Shown here piece by piece: positions 25,229 through 34,873 of a stretch of DNA of 64,000 nucleotides. The stretch's first letter is position 1. Every line of letters begins with the position of its first letter. Both the position numbers and the translations under genes were made by a program. This DNA is from a virus. The notes beneath the pieces are model-generated. The model did not search any database. It saw only the letters and a program-made list of their open reading frames with translations, and had not been told where the DNA came from. The DNA lies in IMG/VR virus record IMGVR_UViG_3300019487_000005, positions 1 to 64,000 of that record; one strand, given 5' to 3'.

Positions 25229-25924
25229 ATGACTGTAGGAAGCATTGCACCGGGGGGCGCAGTGGCTATGAGGGTGCTCAGGGGCGGAAGCTATTCAGCC
25301 GTTCCTCCGAAGGAATTGGGGATTCTAGCAATCCTCTGGTATGGGTTGCCACGTCCTGGGCTTACTGGAGACGTTTTCTGGTGGAAGTGCCGGAATCTCC
25401 CGCATCTCTGGCGGGGTTTGTGGCGCCTCGTAGTAGCTCGATTCTTCAATTTATCTTACCACTATGGCCAACTCTCACTCGTTAAAGTTAACTCTCAGGG
25501 ACAGGCAACGGACTACGGTTTAGTGAGCCTCCGGGTGGTCACGACAGCGGGAGTGAACTTTCTGGTTGACGCGCTTCAGGGAACGGTTGAGCCGGAGATC
25601 TTGAAGTATCACGGTTTGGGTACTGGGGCGAATGCTGAAGCTGTGGGCGATACGGCCTTACAAACCGAGTTGAGTACACAATACAACCCAAACGATACTC
25701 GGGCCACGGGATCGCTGACTGAGGGAGCCAGTGCGAACATCTTTCGAACGGTAGGGACAAACACTGTGGATGCCTCTGCGGCGGTGACGGAGCATGGAAT
25801 CCTCAGCCAAGCGGCAACAGGCGGCGGGACGCTCTTGGATCGTTCTGTCTTCTCAGTGATCAACCTGGCTAACGGCGACAGTCTTCAAAGCACTTATGAT
25901 TTGACTTTGTCGAGTGGGGGTTGA
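25229..25924 (+). CDS. hypothetical protein
   Basis: 231-aa ORF. The start is uncertain. Confidence 0.5.
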   Translation: MTVGSIAPGGAVAMRVLRGGSYSAVPPKELGILAILWYGLPRPGLTGDVFWWKCRNLPHLWRGLWRLVVARFFNLSYHYGQLSLVKVNSQGQATDYGLVSLRVVTTAGVNFLVDALQGTVEPEILKYHGLGTGANAEAVGDTALQTELSTQYNPNDTRATGSLTEGASANIFRTVGTNTVDASAAVTEHGILSQAATGGGTLLDRSVFSVINLANGDSLQSTYDLTLSSGG

Positions 25925-25976
25925 CCTTTCCTCATTGCCCTACATGCCAGTGTTTTACCGGAGTGAATCTTAGTAA

Positions 25977-26249
25977 ATGATAGTCTCACGATTTGTTAAG
26001 AATCCGAACTCCAAGCTGGATTACTCTCTTAACTGGGATGATTGGCTTGGGGCGAACACGATTACTGCGTCGAGTTGGGCCCCTTCTGTTCCAGTGGGAC
26101 TTACGGAGCACTCTGACGGATTCGCCGGTGACGTAACGACGGTAAGAGTATCCGGTGGGACAAGCGGGCAGAATTACAAGTTGATCAACTCTATTACCGC
26201 TTCGAATGGTGAGCAGGAGGAGCGTTCTATCCTGGTTAAAGTCCGATAA
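25977..26249 (+). CDS. fiber-tail adaptor-like small protein
   Basis: KNPNSKLDYSLNWDDWLG..TITASSW....VSGGTSGQNYKLINSITASNGEQEERSILVKV resembles that family as I recall it. Confidence 0.4.
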   Translation: MIVSRFVKNPNSKLDYSLNWDDWLGANTITASSWAPSVPVGLTEHSDGFAGDVTTVRVSGGTSGQNYKLINSITASNGEQEERSILVKVR

Positions 26250-26252
26250 GAT

Positions 26253-26435
26253 GTGTTCAGAGCGAGTGACCATGACAAAATGGTGCTCCGGGTGAGCGGT
26301 AAGAAGGGGAGTTGTGGCCACGGAATCTATCCTCGAGAGTTATTCTGGAGAATCGAGCAGAGAGACTTAAAAGAGTTGTATGGCAAGCACGAGCTGAGTT
26401 TCTGGGAAAGGATCAAGGCGTGGTTTAGAAAGTGA
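26253..26435 (+). CDS. hypothetical protein
   Basis: 60-aa ORF with a non-ATG start. Confidence 0.3.
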   Translation: MFRASDHDKMVLRVSGKKGSCGHGIYPRELFWRIEQRDLKELYGKHELSFWERIKAWFRK

Positions 26436-26944
26436 CACGATTATTGCTTTACCCGATCTTGTCGATTTCCTTTCTGGCTTGCGCTCAACCACGTTCTTTA
26501 CACTTTCTGATGTTTGGCATTTCAGGATTGATAAGCTGGCAGTTCGTCGAGTATTCGTTTCACCGCTTCATATTTCACAACGAGAAGCTGGGCCAGTGGG
26601 CGAACAACATGCTCTACAACCATCGAGAGCATCACCGCCACCCAAACCACAAGGAGCATTTATTCCTTCCGCTCAAGCTTACATTGCCAGTCTCAAGCGT
26701 TCTCGTCCTGACTCTTATCTTATTGACAGGTAAAGAGATAGCCGCATGTTTCTACTTTGGATTGTTGCTTGGATATTTTGGGTATGAATTGATTCACTTC
26801 AAGGCGCACTATGGAAAGCCGAGTAGGAGGCAACCATGGAGGTTCTTGAGAGACTATCATTTAAGACACCACCACTTTGATGAGAGTAAAAGGTTTGGGG
26901 TGAGCAGTCCCTTAGTCGATTTAATCTTCAGCACATTTAGGTGA
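26432..26944 (+). CDS. fatty acid hydroxylase / sterol desaturase superfamily membrane protein
   Basis: Histidine boxes HRFIFH, HREHHRH, HFKAH and HLRHHH, with hydrophobic segments between them. Confidence 0.7.
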   Translation: MTRLLLYPILSISFLACAQPRSLHFLMFGISGLISWQFVEYSFHRFIFHNEKLGQWANNMLYNHREHHRHPNHKEHLFLPLKLTLPVSSVLVLTLILLTGKEIAACFYFGLLLGYFGYELIHFKAHYGKPSRRQPWRFLRDYHLRHHHFDESKRFGVSSPLVDLIFSTFR

Positions 26945-26954
26945 TAATGCCCGC

Positions 26955-27167
26955 ATGAGCGTAGTTACCAGCATTATTTTGACTTGCGATTTGGGGGAGG
27001 AGCAAGGGGATGATGTCTTTCCGCCAATTGATGAAATAAATGCGTGGTTGATGGCTAAGGATTATGGAAAGCTGGAGCATTTAAATGGGCATGCCCAACA
27101 GGTTAAAGAACGTGGGGTTTGGGTTAATGAAGTTAACGACAGAAAAAAGGCAAATCTTTCTCGATGA
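26955..27167 (+). CDS. hypothetical protein
   Basis: 70-aa ORF that overlaps the terS start. Confidence 0.35.
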   Translation: MSVVTSIILTCDLGEEQGDDVFPPIDEINAWLMAKDYGKLEHLNGHAQQVKERGVWVNEVNDRKKANLSR

Positions 27168-27513
27168 ATTAGCGGCTGGAAATAGTGTGACTTCCGGGGC
27201 ACGGCTGATTAGTGTATCCACTGTTGCTCTCTACAAATTGCGGCACAATGATGCTGAATTTGCGAGTAAATGGGCTGAGGCGTTGGAGAGCGGAACGGAC
27301 ATTCTCGAGGACGAGGCTGTAAGGCGAGCGAAGGATGGCAGCGACACTCTATTGATATTTCTATTGAAGGGTCGCCGGCCGGCCAAGTATCGTGAACACG
27401 TACGCGTAACAGTTACCGAAGTGGATAAGATGATTGATATGGCGTGCGAAGAACACAACCTACCTTTACCCGAAACCTTTGGTGGTGAGCCATTGAATGA
27501 GCCAGAGATGTGA
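27127..27513 (+). CDS. terS: terminase small subunit
   Basis: HTH KRQIFLDELAAGNSVTSGARLISVSTVALYKLR, then ILEDEAVRRAKDGSDTLLIFLLKGRRPAKYRE. Lies immediately upstream of terL. Confidence 0.75.
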   Translation: MKLTTEKRQIFLDELAAGNSVTSGARLISVSTVALYKLRHNDAEFASKWAEALESGTDILEDEAVRRAKDGSDTLLIFLLKGRRPAKYREHVRVTVTEVDKMIDMACEEHNLPLPETFGGEPLNEPEM

Positions 27514-28850
27514 GTATCCAGTTAGGCCCAGACTTAAACAAATGGCCAGACGCAATCAGGAAGAGATATCAGGAACGGCGTCTGCGAGCGAGGCAGTCAA
27601 CTGAGCATCGGATCACGGTTGGCAATTTAACCCTTCCTGCTCCTCACCCCAGTCAACAGTACGTATTGAACGCCGAGCGACGGTGGAATATTTTATGCTG
27701 TGGGCGTCGTTGGGGGAAAACTACCATTGCGATTGACAGATTAGTTCGTCCGGCAATGGAGGGCTACCCAGTTGCCTACTTCTCACCTTATTACAAAATG
27801 CTCACTGATGTCTGGCGCGAAATGAAGCACATTCTTTTGCCAGCGACGGCTCGCAAGAGCGATCAGGAGCACAGAATTGAACTCACTACTGGTGGCATAG
27901 TCGATATGTGGTCTCTTGATAATGCTGATGCTGTAAGAGGTAGAAAATATAAGCGGGTAGTAGTGGATGAAGCGGCTATGGTGAAAGACCTGGAAAATGC
28001 TTTTCAGGCAGTGATTCGCCCTACACTTACTGACTATGAGGGTGATGCGTGGTTTCCTTCGACGCCCAAGGGAATGGGGTATTTCAAGATGCTGTTTGAT
28101 AAGGGTCAGGATCAGGCAAAACCAGACTGGGTATCATGGCGGATTCCGACTAGTGAGAGCCCTTACATTACCGCAGGAGAAATTGAGAGCGCCAAGCGGG
28201 AGTTGCCAGAACGCATCTTTGCTCAGGAATACTTAGCGGAATTCCTTGACGATGGTGGTGGGGTGTTTCGCAAGGTGCAAGAAGCGGCGACCGCCAATCA
28301 AATCGAGTATGGACTTGAAGGCCATGATTATTTGATTGGAGCGGACTGGGGCAAGTATCAAGACTTTACCGTCTTAACAGTCCTCGACACCCTGACAAAA
28401 GAAGTGGTGAAAATCGACAGGTTCAATCAGATCGATTATGCAGTTCAGATTTCCAGGCTGACGGCTTTATGTGGGCGCTTTCGCACCAAGTCAATCATTC
28501 CTGAGCGAAACTCAATGGGTGAACCGCTAATTGAGCAGCTCCAGAGGGAAGGATATTCAGTTCACCCCTTTACCACAACGAATGCGAGTAAGGCTGAGGC
28601 GATAGATGCCCTGGCTTTGGCTTTCGAGCGGGGAGAATTGAAGATCCCTAATGATCCAGTGTTAATTGCTGAATTGCTCGCTTATGACGCGGAGCGATTG
28701 CCGAGTGGGATGTTGAGGTATGGAGCGCCGGCCAGGATGCACGACGACTGTGTGATGAGTTTGGCGCTGGCATGGAGTGGTGTTTCTCAGCAGCTTGTTA
28801 AGGTAAAACCGTTTTCGATTCCCCAGCGAAATCCCTGGTTAATAAAATAA
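27510..28850 (+). CDS. terL: terminase large subunit
   Basis: Walker A CCGRRWGKTT, Walker B VVVDEAA, C-terminal nuclease-type IGADWGKYQDFTVLTV. Confidence 0.9.
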   Translation: MSIQLGPDLNKWPDAIRKRYQERRLRARQSTEHRITVGNLTLPAPHPSQQYVLNAERRWNILCCGRRWGKTTIAIDRLVRPAMEGYPVAYFSPYYKMLTDVWREMKHILLPATARKSDQEHRIELTTGGIVDMWSLDNADAVRGRKYKRVVVDEAAMVKDLENAFQAVIRPTLTDYEGDAWFPSTPKGMGYFKMLFDKGQDQAKPDWVSWRIPTSESPYITAGEIESAKRELPERIFAQEYLAEFLDDGGGVFRKVQEAATANQIEYGLEGHDYLIGADWGKYQDFTVLTVLDTLTKEVVKIDRFNQIDYAVQISRLTALCGRFRTKSIIPERNSMGEPLIEQLQREGYSVHPFTTTNASKAEAIDALALAFERGELKIPNDPVLIAELLAYDAERLPSGMLRYGAPARMHDDCVMSLALAWSGVSQQLVKVKPFSIPQRNPWLIK

Positions 28851-28877
28851 ATTCTCATCTAATGCTATTGCTTATGT

Positions 28878-30218
28878 GTGGCTCCGCCCAAACTAACTCA
28901 ACCCTCTGGTAACTTCTCCGAACTGGGCCGCACCGGGCTCTTCGAACATTCCGGCTACATTAGAGAAGAGTTCCTTCGCGAGCTATCCGGCACACGCTGG
29001 AATCGTGTGGTCAGGGAAATGCTGGCGAATGATCCAGTGATCAATGCCATGTTTTTCGTTATTGAGATGCTGGTAAGACAAGTTGAATGGGAAGTAGAAC
29101 CTGCTTCAGATGCTAACGAAGATCAGCAAACAGCTGAGTTTTTCAAGGAATGTCTGTTCCAGGACATGTCTACTTCGTGGGCTGAAAGTTTAGCTGAAAT
29201 TCTTTCGTTCCTGCCGTGGGGATGGGCCTATCATGAAGTGGTTTACAAGCGGCGGGGAGGTGAATCCAGAGATCCTGCTATTAATTCCAGGTTCACTGAT
29301 GGGCGCATTGGCTGGCGGAAATGGCCCATTCGTGCTCAGGAATCACGTGAGCGCTGGTTGTTAGATGATAACGGCGGGATTCAAGCGCTAATTCAGCGTC
29401 CGGCCCCGCAATACAGGGAAATCATTGTCCCAATAGAGAAATCGCTGCTATTTCGCACAACTAGTCATAAGAACAACCCTGAGGGCAAATCCTTGCTAAG
29501 GGCATGTTATCGACCCTGGTATTTCAGGCAGAAGGTAGAGAATTTTGAAGGGATTGGGATTGAGCGGGACCTTGCTGGCCTTCCGCTGATGGCCATTCCT
29601 GCCCAGTACCTTAGCGAAAATGCTTCTCCTAGCGAACAGGCACTGGCAACTTATTGCAAGGAACTGGTTACAGCGGTGCGAAATGACGAGCAGGCAGGTT
29701 TATTGATTCCTTCTGATGTCTATCCAGAGACGAGTATCCCGCAGTTTAGTTTTAATTTAGCGGGAACGGGTAGTCGGCGACTGTTTGATACTGACAAAGT
29801 TATTGCCCGGAAGAACCAGGAAATTCTGATGAGGCTGTTGGCGGATTTTATTATTTTAGGGCATGAGCAAGTTGGATCATTTGCGCTATCAAGTAATAAA
29901 ACCAATATGTTTGGTACGGCTTTAGGCGCTTGGTTGGAGTCTATTTCTGAGGTAATCAATCGCTACGCCATTCCTCGTCTCGGGAAGTTAAATGGGATGC
30001 CGGCAGAGAGTATGCCCAAACTCAAGCACCAGGACATTGAGTCAATCGATCTAGGTGAGTTGGGCGAGTTCATTAAGAATCTTTCTGGTGCTGGGGTCCG
30101 AATCACGCCGGACATGGCCGCATTTGCGGTCGAACAAGCGAAAATGCCCGTTCCTGATGATCACAACGAATTGATAGGTGAGGTGCAAGAAGAGTCAGAA
30201 GACGACGAAGAAACGTAA
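28878..30218 (+). CDS. portal protein
   Basis: 446 aa, sited between terL and the prohead protease. Acidic C-terminus. GTG start. Confidence 0.7.
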   Translation: MAPPKLTQPSGNFSELGRTGLFEHSGYIREEFLRELSGTRWNRVVREMLANDPVINAMFFVIEMLVRQVEWEVEPASDANEDQQTAEFFKECLFQDMSTSWAESLAEILSFLPWGWAYHEVVYKRRGGESRDPAINSRFTDGRIGWRKWPIRAQESRERWLLDDNGGIQALIQRPAPQYREIIVPIEKSLLFRTTSHKNNPEGKSLLRACYRPWYFRQKVENFEGIGIERDLAGLPLMAIPAQYLSENASPSEQALATYCKELVTAVRNDEQAGLLIPSDVYPETSIPQFSFNLAGTGSRRLFDTDKVIARKNQEILMRLLADFIILGHEQVGSFALSSNKTNMFGTALGAWLESISEVINRYAIPRLGKLNGMPAESMPKLKHQDIESIDLGELGEFIKNLSGAGVRITPDMAAFAVEQAKMPVPDDHNELIGEVQEESEDDEET

Positions 30219-30246
30219 ATCCTGATAGTAGCGTAAGTTTAACCCG

Positions 30247-31749
30247 ATGAAGACCCACCACCGCATACTTGATTTCTACGCAACTAAATCCTGGGCCATC
30301 CTTGAAGAGAACCTTCAGGAAATGTTTGGGATCTACCAGAGCGCCTTGGAACGGAAGGCCTTGGATCTTGAGTTTGACCCAGAGGCGCTGGCCGCGAAGG
30401 TGGGGCGGCCTCTTGATAATAGCCGCCGTGTTTCGTTGCGTGATGGCGTAGCTGTTATTCCAATCTCTGGCCCGATCTTTCGTTATGCGAATCTATTTAC
30501 TCAGATCAGTGGTGCTACCTCGATTGAGGTTCTGGCTACGGATTTCCGCCAAGCACTTGATGATCGAGCAGTGAAAGCCATCGTTCTTGATGTCAACAGC
30601 CCTGGCGGCGAGGTGGATGGTACGTCTGAATTCGCTCAGCATGTATTTAATGCTCGTGGCGAGAAACCAATAGTTGCCTATGTCGGCCACTTAGGAGCTA
30701 GTGCTGCGTATTGGATAGCCAGTGCTGCTGATGAGATCGTGGCCGCTGATACTGCCCCGCTGGGCTCAATTGGTGTAGTAGGGACAGTGTACGTTCACAA
30801 GGACAAAAACCGCTTGGAGTTCGTTTCGTCACAGTCACCGAACAAGCGACCGGATCCAACCACTGAATCAGGTCGTTCACTATTTCAGTCTCATGTTGAT
30901 GCTTTAGCCGATGTATTTATTGAAACAGTGGCCCGGAATCGCAACCTTTCGGCTGATGACGTTATCAGCAACGGGGGTGCGGGCGGGCTGAAAGTGGGTC
31001 GCCATGCCGTTACTGCTGGTCTTGCCGACCGGGTAGGCACTCTTGAGGGAGTCATTAGCGAGTTAGCCTCTGGAACATGGAAGAAAAACGTAAGTGATGA
31101 GGCTATGGTAAATACTTTAGGCGAGGCCATTATCACTGAGGTGATAGAAATCACGCCGCCACTAATTGGAGGAGTCGAAACAATGCCAGAAAAAGAAAAA
31201 CCCGCGGCCGAAGAAACGCCGGCACAGGATGCACAGCAAGTCGCTGAGTTGCAGGCGAAACTATCTGAGGCTGAAGCAGAGGCTGAAGAACACCGCCAAG
31301 CGGCGGAAACTGCCCAAGCGGAGGCAGACATAGCCAAGAAGGAAGTCCAGGCTGCTGTTGAACGAATAGCCGCATTGGAGAAGAACGCTCGTCAGACCCG
31401 TTTTTCTCAACTGGCTAAGGAATGGATTGGGGAATCGGACAAGCACTTAAGCATGCTTGAATTTCTGGCTACCCAAGCGGAAGCTGGCGAGGATTCCGAA
31501 CTCTTCCGAGCTTACGTCACCCAGCAAAATGCGATTGCCGAACAGGTAAGGAGTGCCTCTTTATTTGTGGAGGTGGGATCTTCGGCTCCTGCCGAGGGTA
31601 CGGCGAGTGCGGCGATTAATGCGATGGTGAAGCAATACCGCGAGGCTGATCCCAAAATGACGGAGGCCCAGGCTTTCGCTAAGGTCTGGAGTGAGCATCC
31701 AGATTTGCGAATGAAGTACCGCGAAGAAGAGCGGCGAGCAGTTAATTAA
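30247..31749 (+). CDS. S49-family prohead protease fused to a coiled-coil scaffold domain
   Basis: SppA/ClpP-like VLDVNSPGGEVDG...GHLGASAAYWIASAADEIVA. C-terminal A/E/Q-rich coil. Confidence 0.85.
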   Translation: MKTHHRILDFYATKSWAILEENLQEMFGIYQSALERKALDLEFDPEALAAKVGRPLDNSRRVSLRDGVAVIPISGPIFRYANLFTQISGATSIEVLATDFRQALDDRAVKAIVLDVNSPGGEVDGTSEFAQHVFNARGEKPIVAYVGHLGASAAYWIASAADEIVAADTAPLGSIGVVGTVYVHKDKNRLEFVSSQSPNKRPDPTTESGRSLFQSHVDALADVFIETVARNRNLSADDVISNGGAGGLKVGRHAVTAGLADRVGTLEGVISELASGTWKKNVSDEAMVNTLGEAIITEVIEITPPLIGGVETMPEKEKPAAEETPAQDAQQVAELQAKLSEAEAEAEEHRQAAETAQAEADIAKKEVQAAVERIAALEKNARQTRFSQLAKEWIGESDKHLSMLEFLATQAEAGEDSELFRAYVTQQNAIAEQVRSASLFVEVGSSAPAEGTASAAINAMVKQYREADPKMTEAQAFAKVWSEHPDLRMKYREEERRAVN

Positions 31750-31778
31750 CTTTTCGATTAGGAAGGAGTTTCTTCACA

Positions 31779-32162
31779 ATGGCCGTAGAAGGCGCACAAC
31801 CAATCTCAAAAACCTTCAGCGCGGGCGGTACAATTGCGCAATACAAATTCGTCAAAATCTCCGCTAATAACACTGTGGTCGAGTGTTCTGGTGTGACCGA
31901 TAAGCCAGTTGGGGTTGCGCAAGAGGCAGGGGTCTCTGGTGGAGCTGTCGGTGTCTGCATGGCAGGTATCACGAAGCTCCAGGGTGATGCTAATCTTGCC
32001 CCAGGGGATTCTATCGGCACTTCAGTAGATGGTCAGGCAGCAGCGTATACAGCGGCTGACACGACCAAGTATATTGTTGGGCAAGTGTTGATTGACAACA
32101 GCGCTGCTGGTGGAATAATCACCGCGGCAATCAATTGCCTGAACTCTCGCACACTTGCGTAA
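31779..32162 (+). CDS. DUF2190-type head decoration/cement protein
   Basis: AQYKFVKISANNTVVECSGVTDKPVGVAQE...GDSIGTSVDGQAA. Position is equivalent to lambda gpD. Confidence 0.65.
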   Translation: MAVEGAQPISKTFSAGGTIAQYKFVKISANNTVVECSGVTDKPVGVAQEAGVSGGAVGVCMAGITKLQGDANLAPGDSIGTSVDGQAAAYTAADTTKYIVGQVLIDNSAAGGIITAAINCLNSRTLA

Positions 32163-32422
32163 TGATTGATGTTCGTTGCCCAGGATGCCGGCGACTGTTA
32201 TTCAAATGTTCCGAAAAGAACTTAACGGCGACGGTAGAAATCAAATGTCAGAACGCTCGCTGTGGGCGCTTGATAGCGGTACAAAACGCTGACAGTCCAA
32301 TAACGAGCAATCTTTTCTCAATCACCCCCGAAGGCCAGAACTTTTTAGAGTCCGAGCCTCTTAACTCCAGAGAGGAATTCGGCTCATGCCTCAACCAAGT
32401 GCTGGTCAAGTCCATGCCGTAG
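32162..32422 (+). CDS. Mu Com-like zinc-finger protein
   Basis: MIDVRCPGCRRLLFKCSEKNLTATVEIKCQNARCGRLIAV. TAATG overlap upstream. The 3-prime end overlaps the capsid gene start. Confidence 0.5.
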   Translation: MIDVRCPGCRRLLFKCSEKNLTATVEIKCQNARCGRLIAVQNADSPITSNLFSITPEGQNFLESEPLNSREEFGSCLNQVLVKSMP

Positions 32423-33348
32423 ATGTTCCGCTGACTAATATCAGCACCGCCTACATGCAGGACGACATGCGATTTATCGCAACGAAGGTGTTTCCGATTG
32501 TTCCAGTCGAGAAACAGACTGATAAATACTACACCTACACGAAAAATGACTGGTTCCGGGATGAGGCCGAGAAGCGGGCCGACGCTCAGGAATCGGCTGG
32601 CTCGGGCTACGGGCTGAGCACCGCAGGTTATTCCTGCGACGTCTTTGCCCTGCATAAAGACATTGGCTCCCAGGCTTTGGCCAACTCTGATCCTGCCATT
32701 GATCTTGAGCGGGACGCTACACAGTTTTTAACCCAACGCATGCTGCTACGCCAGGAGATCCAGTGGGTTAGTGACTGCTTTGGTTCCAGCATCTGGGGTA
32801 CTGATATTACCCCCGCCAATCTGTGGTCGGACTACACTAATGGTAATCCGATTGAAGATGTCGAGACGGGCAAGGAGACAATTTTATCTAGTACCGGGCA
32901 AGTGGCAAATACCTTGGTGCTCGGGTACCAGGTTTATCGCAAACTCAAGAACCACCCAACAATCATCGACCGAATCAAATATGTCACCAGCGTTGATGGG
33001 CGTGTCATCACTCCCGCTTTGTTAGCGGCGATGTTCGATGTGGAGCGGGTGTTTCTTGCCAGCGCCGTCAAGGCTACAAATGTTGAGGGTGAAACCGCCG
33101 CATACGCGTTCACGCATGGCAAGCACGCACTGCTCTGCCATGTGGCCCCAAATCCGGGTCTGTTGGTTCCTTCGGCTGGTTACACATTCACTTGGAACGG
33201 TGTGAGTGCGGGATTGGGATCGGAAGTAGCCATTACTCGCTTTGACATGCCACATCTGAAGGCGACTCGAGTGGAGATTGAAACAGCGTTTGATAACAAG
33301 ATCGTAGGTACGGATCTCGGGTACTTCTTTGCCAGTGTGGTTGCCTAA
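32386..33348 (+). CDS. major capsid protein (lambda gpE-like family)
   Basis: 320 aa. Position follows protease and decoration protein. The sequence resembles the phage major capsid protein E family as I recall it. Confidence 0.85.
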   Translation: MPQPSAGQVHAVDVPLTNISTAYMQDDMRFIATKVFPIVPVEKQTDKYYTYTKNDWFRDEAEKRADAQESAGSGYGLSTAGYSCDVFALHKDIGSQALANSDPAIDLERDATQFLTQRMLLRQEIQWVSDCFGSSIWGTDITPANLWSDYTNGNPIEDVETGKETILSSTGQVANTLVLGYQVYRKLKNHPTIIDRIKYVTSVDGRVITPALLAAMFDVERVFLASAVKATNVEGETAAYAFTHGKHALLCHVAPNPGLLVPSAGYTFTWNGVSAGLGSEVAITRFDMPHLKATRVEIETAFDNKIVGTDLGYFFASVVA

Positions 33349-33350
33349 TC

Positions 33351-33581
33351 ATGAAAGAGGCTGAGCTAAGGGCATTCTGCGAGGCGCAGGGTGTTCCTGT
33401 AATTGAAGAGGGAGGGCGCTTGCGAGTCATGGATAGGAGTTTATTACCTATGACCCTGCGGGCGCTCTGTAATATGCGGGGATACTTTGAGCCAGCAGAG
33501 GATTTATCAATGGAACAGTCTGAAGTTCCTTTAGCAAGAGTCAAGAAACCTGCTGTTAAGAAAAGGGCAAGCAAGAAATGA
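33351..33581 (+). CDS. hypothetical head-module protein
   Basis: 76-aa ORF. Confidence 0.5.
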   Translation: MKEAELRAFCEAQGVPVIEEGGRLRVMDRSLLPMTLRALCNMRGYFEPAEDLSMEQSEVPLARVKKPAVKKRASKK

Positions 33582-33772
33582 CGCACGTAGTTATTAGAAG
33601 CCTTCCCGGGCCAGATGGGGAGATTCCCATCGGTACTAAGGTGGACGCCTCATCCTGGGAACACACTCGACTCTTGGAACGGCAACAATACCTAAAACCG
33701 ATAACTCACCAAGAACCGCAAACTGAAGTGTCAAGGCGGGCGAGAGTGAAAGCAAGAGATGCCACTGGATGA
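33578..33772 (+). CDS. hypothetical head-module protein
   Basis: 64-aa ORF with an ATGA overlap. Confidence 0.5.
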   Translation: MTHVVIRSLPGPDGEIPIGTKVDASSWEHTRLLERQQYLKPITHQEPQTEVSRRARVKARDATG

Positions 33773-34154
33773 GAACTTTGCTGAATTATATTTAGAGGCG
33801 GAACTGGACTGGAATGCCCAGCCGGCTCTGGGAGAGTTTGAAAAAGTCACTCTCTTGGAACTCGCCTTGGTTGATGGAGCTTATTCGTATTCTTCATTAG
33901 GCGCAGCTGTTTATTTAGGTTGGCGGTGGAAACATGCCAAGGCTGTTGAGACTGTTACTGAAGATGGGGAAGACAAGATCTTTGACCACATTACTCAGAA
34001 GCTTAGCCAATGGGAATGGGCTGCGAATATTGGGGCACGGGGATTTCCCACGGTGTTTGCGGGAGCAATTTCTGTTGCTGATAAAGATTCACGGCAGTTA
34101 GACACAGGTAGGGTTCAATCTGCGTTCAGTGCAAATATGCACTCAATGGATTGA
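33759..34154 (+). CDS. putative head-tail connector protein
   Basis: Assigned by position and size only. Confidence 0.4.
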   Translation: MPLDENFAELYLEAELDWNAQPALGEFEKVTLLELALVDGAYSYSSLGAAVYLGWRWKHAKAVETVTEDGEDKIFDHITQKLSQWEWAANIGARGFPTVFAGAISVADKDSRQLDTGRVQSAFSANMHSMD

Positions 34155-34157
34155 GAG

Positions 34158-34550
34158 ATGGGAATAGATCGCATTCAGATCAGATTGAATGCTTTCAATC
34201 GCAAGCGCAAGCGGTATGGAGAAGATGTCTGCGACGTGATTAGTCAGGCGCCATCAACAGATGACTATGGAAACTCAGGGGTGACACCAACAACTCTTGC
34301 CTCAAACGTAAAATGCTTTGTCGAGTCCTTAAGCGAAAGAGAACGAGCAATCGGTGGAGGAGATGTGCTGAATGCAACCCATCGGATTACCCTGGAATCA
34401 ACCGCTGTGACCTTGGGAATTAGGCCAAGTTACAAGCTTCGAGTTCCGGCCCGAGGAAGTGTTCCGGAACTGACTTTTACGAATCCGATTCCGAAGGTGG
34501 GTTCATTTAATCCTTTAGTCGAGGTGGTAGCGAGTCTCAGAACACTATGA
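34158..34550 (+). CDS. putative head closure / head-tail adaptor protein
   Basis: Assigned by position and size only. Confidence 0.4.
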   Translation: MGIDRIQIRLNAFNRKRKRYGEDVCDVISQAPSTDDYGNSGVTPTTLASNVKCFVESLSERERAIGGGDVLNATHRITLESTAVTLGIRPSYKLRVPARGSVPELTFTNPIPKVGSFNPLVEVVASLRTL

Positions 34551-34873
34551 GCGTGCAGCTTAAAAACTTAGGTCAACTGGATCAGGCCGTAAGGAAATTA
34601 AAGGGCATTGCGGTGTTCCAGTTGAACTCTGCGGCCGCAAGTCAGGAGACGCTGGCACGAGAGTTGGCCCCGGTAAGGACAGGGTTTTTAAGAAACAACA
34701 TTCGGCAGACTGAGCAAGCCGATGATGAGAGTTTGAGATCAGTCGTTGAATCAGGTGCCGAGTATTCGGTTTACGTGGAGTATGGGACGGTGAATGCTGA
34801 GGCGCAACCATTCTTCACCCCCGCGTTCGAGAGTGTGAAACGGCAGTTATCGAGATTGAGGAATGTCTTTTAG
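34547..34873 (+). CDS. HK97 gp10-family tail-completion protein
   Basis: ARELAPVRTGFLRNNI...YSVYVEYGT...AQPFFTPA. Confidence 0.7.
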   Translation: MSVQLKNLGQLDQAVRKLKGIAVFQLNSAAASQETLARELAPVRTGFLRNNIRQTEQADDESLRSVVESGAEYSVYVEYGTVNAEAQPFFTPAFESVKRQLSRLRNVF

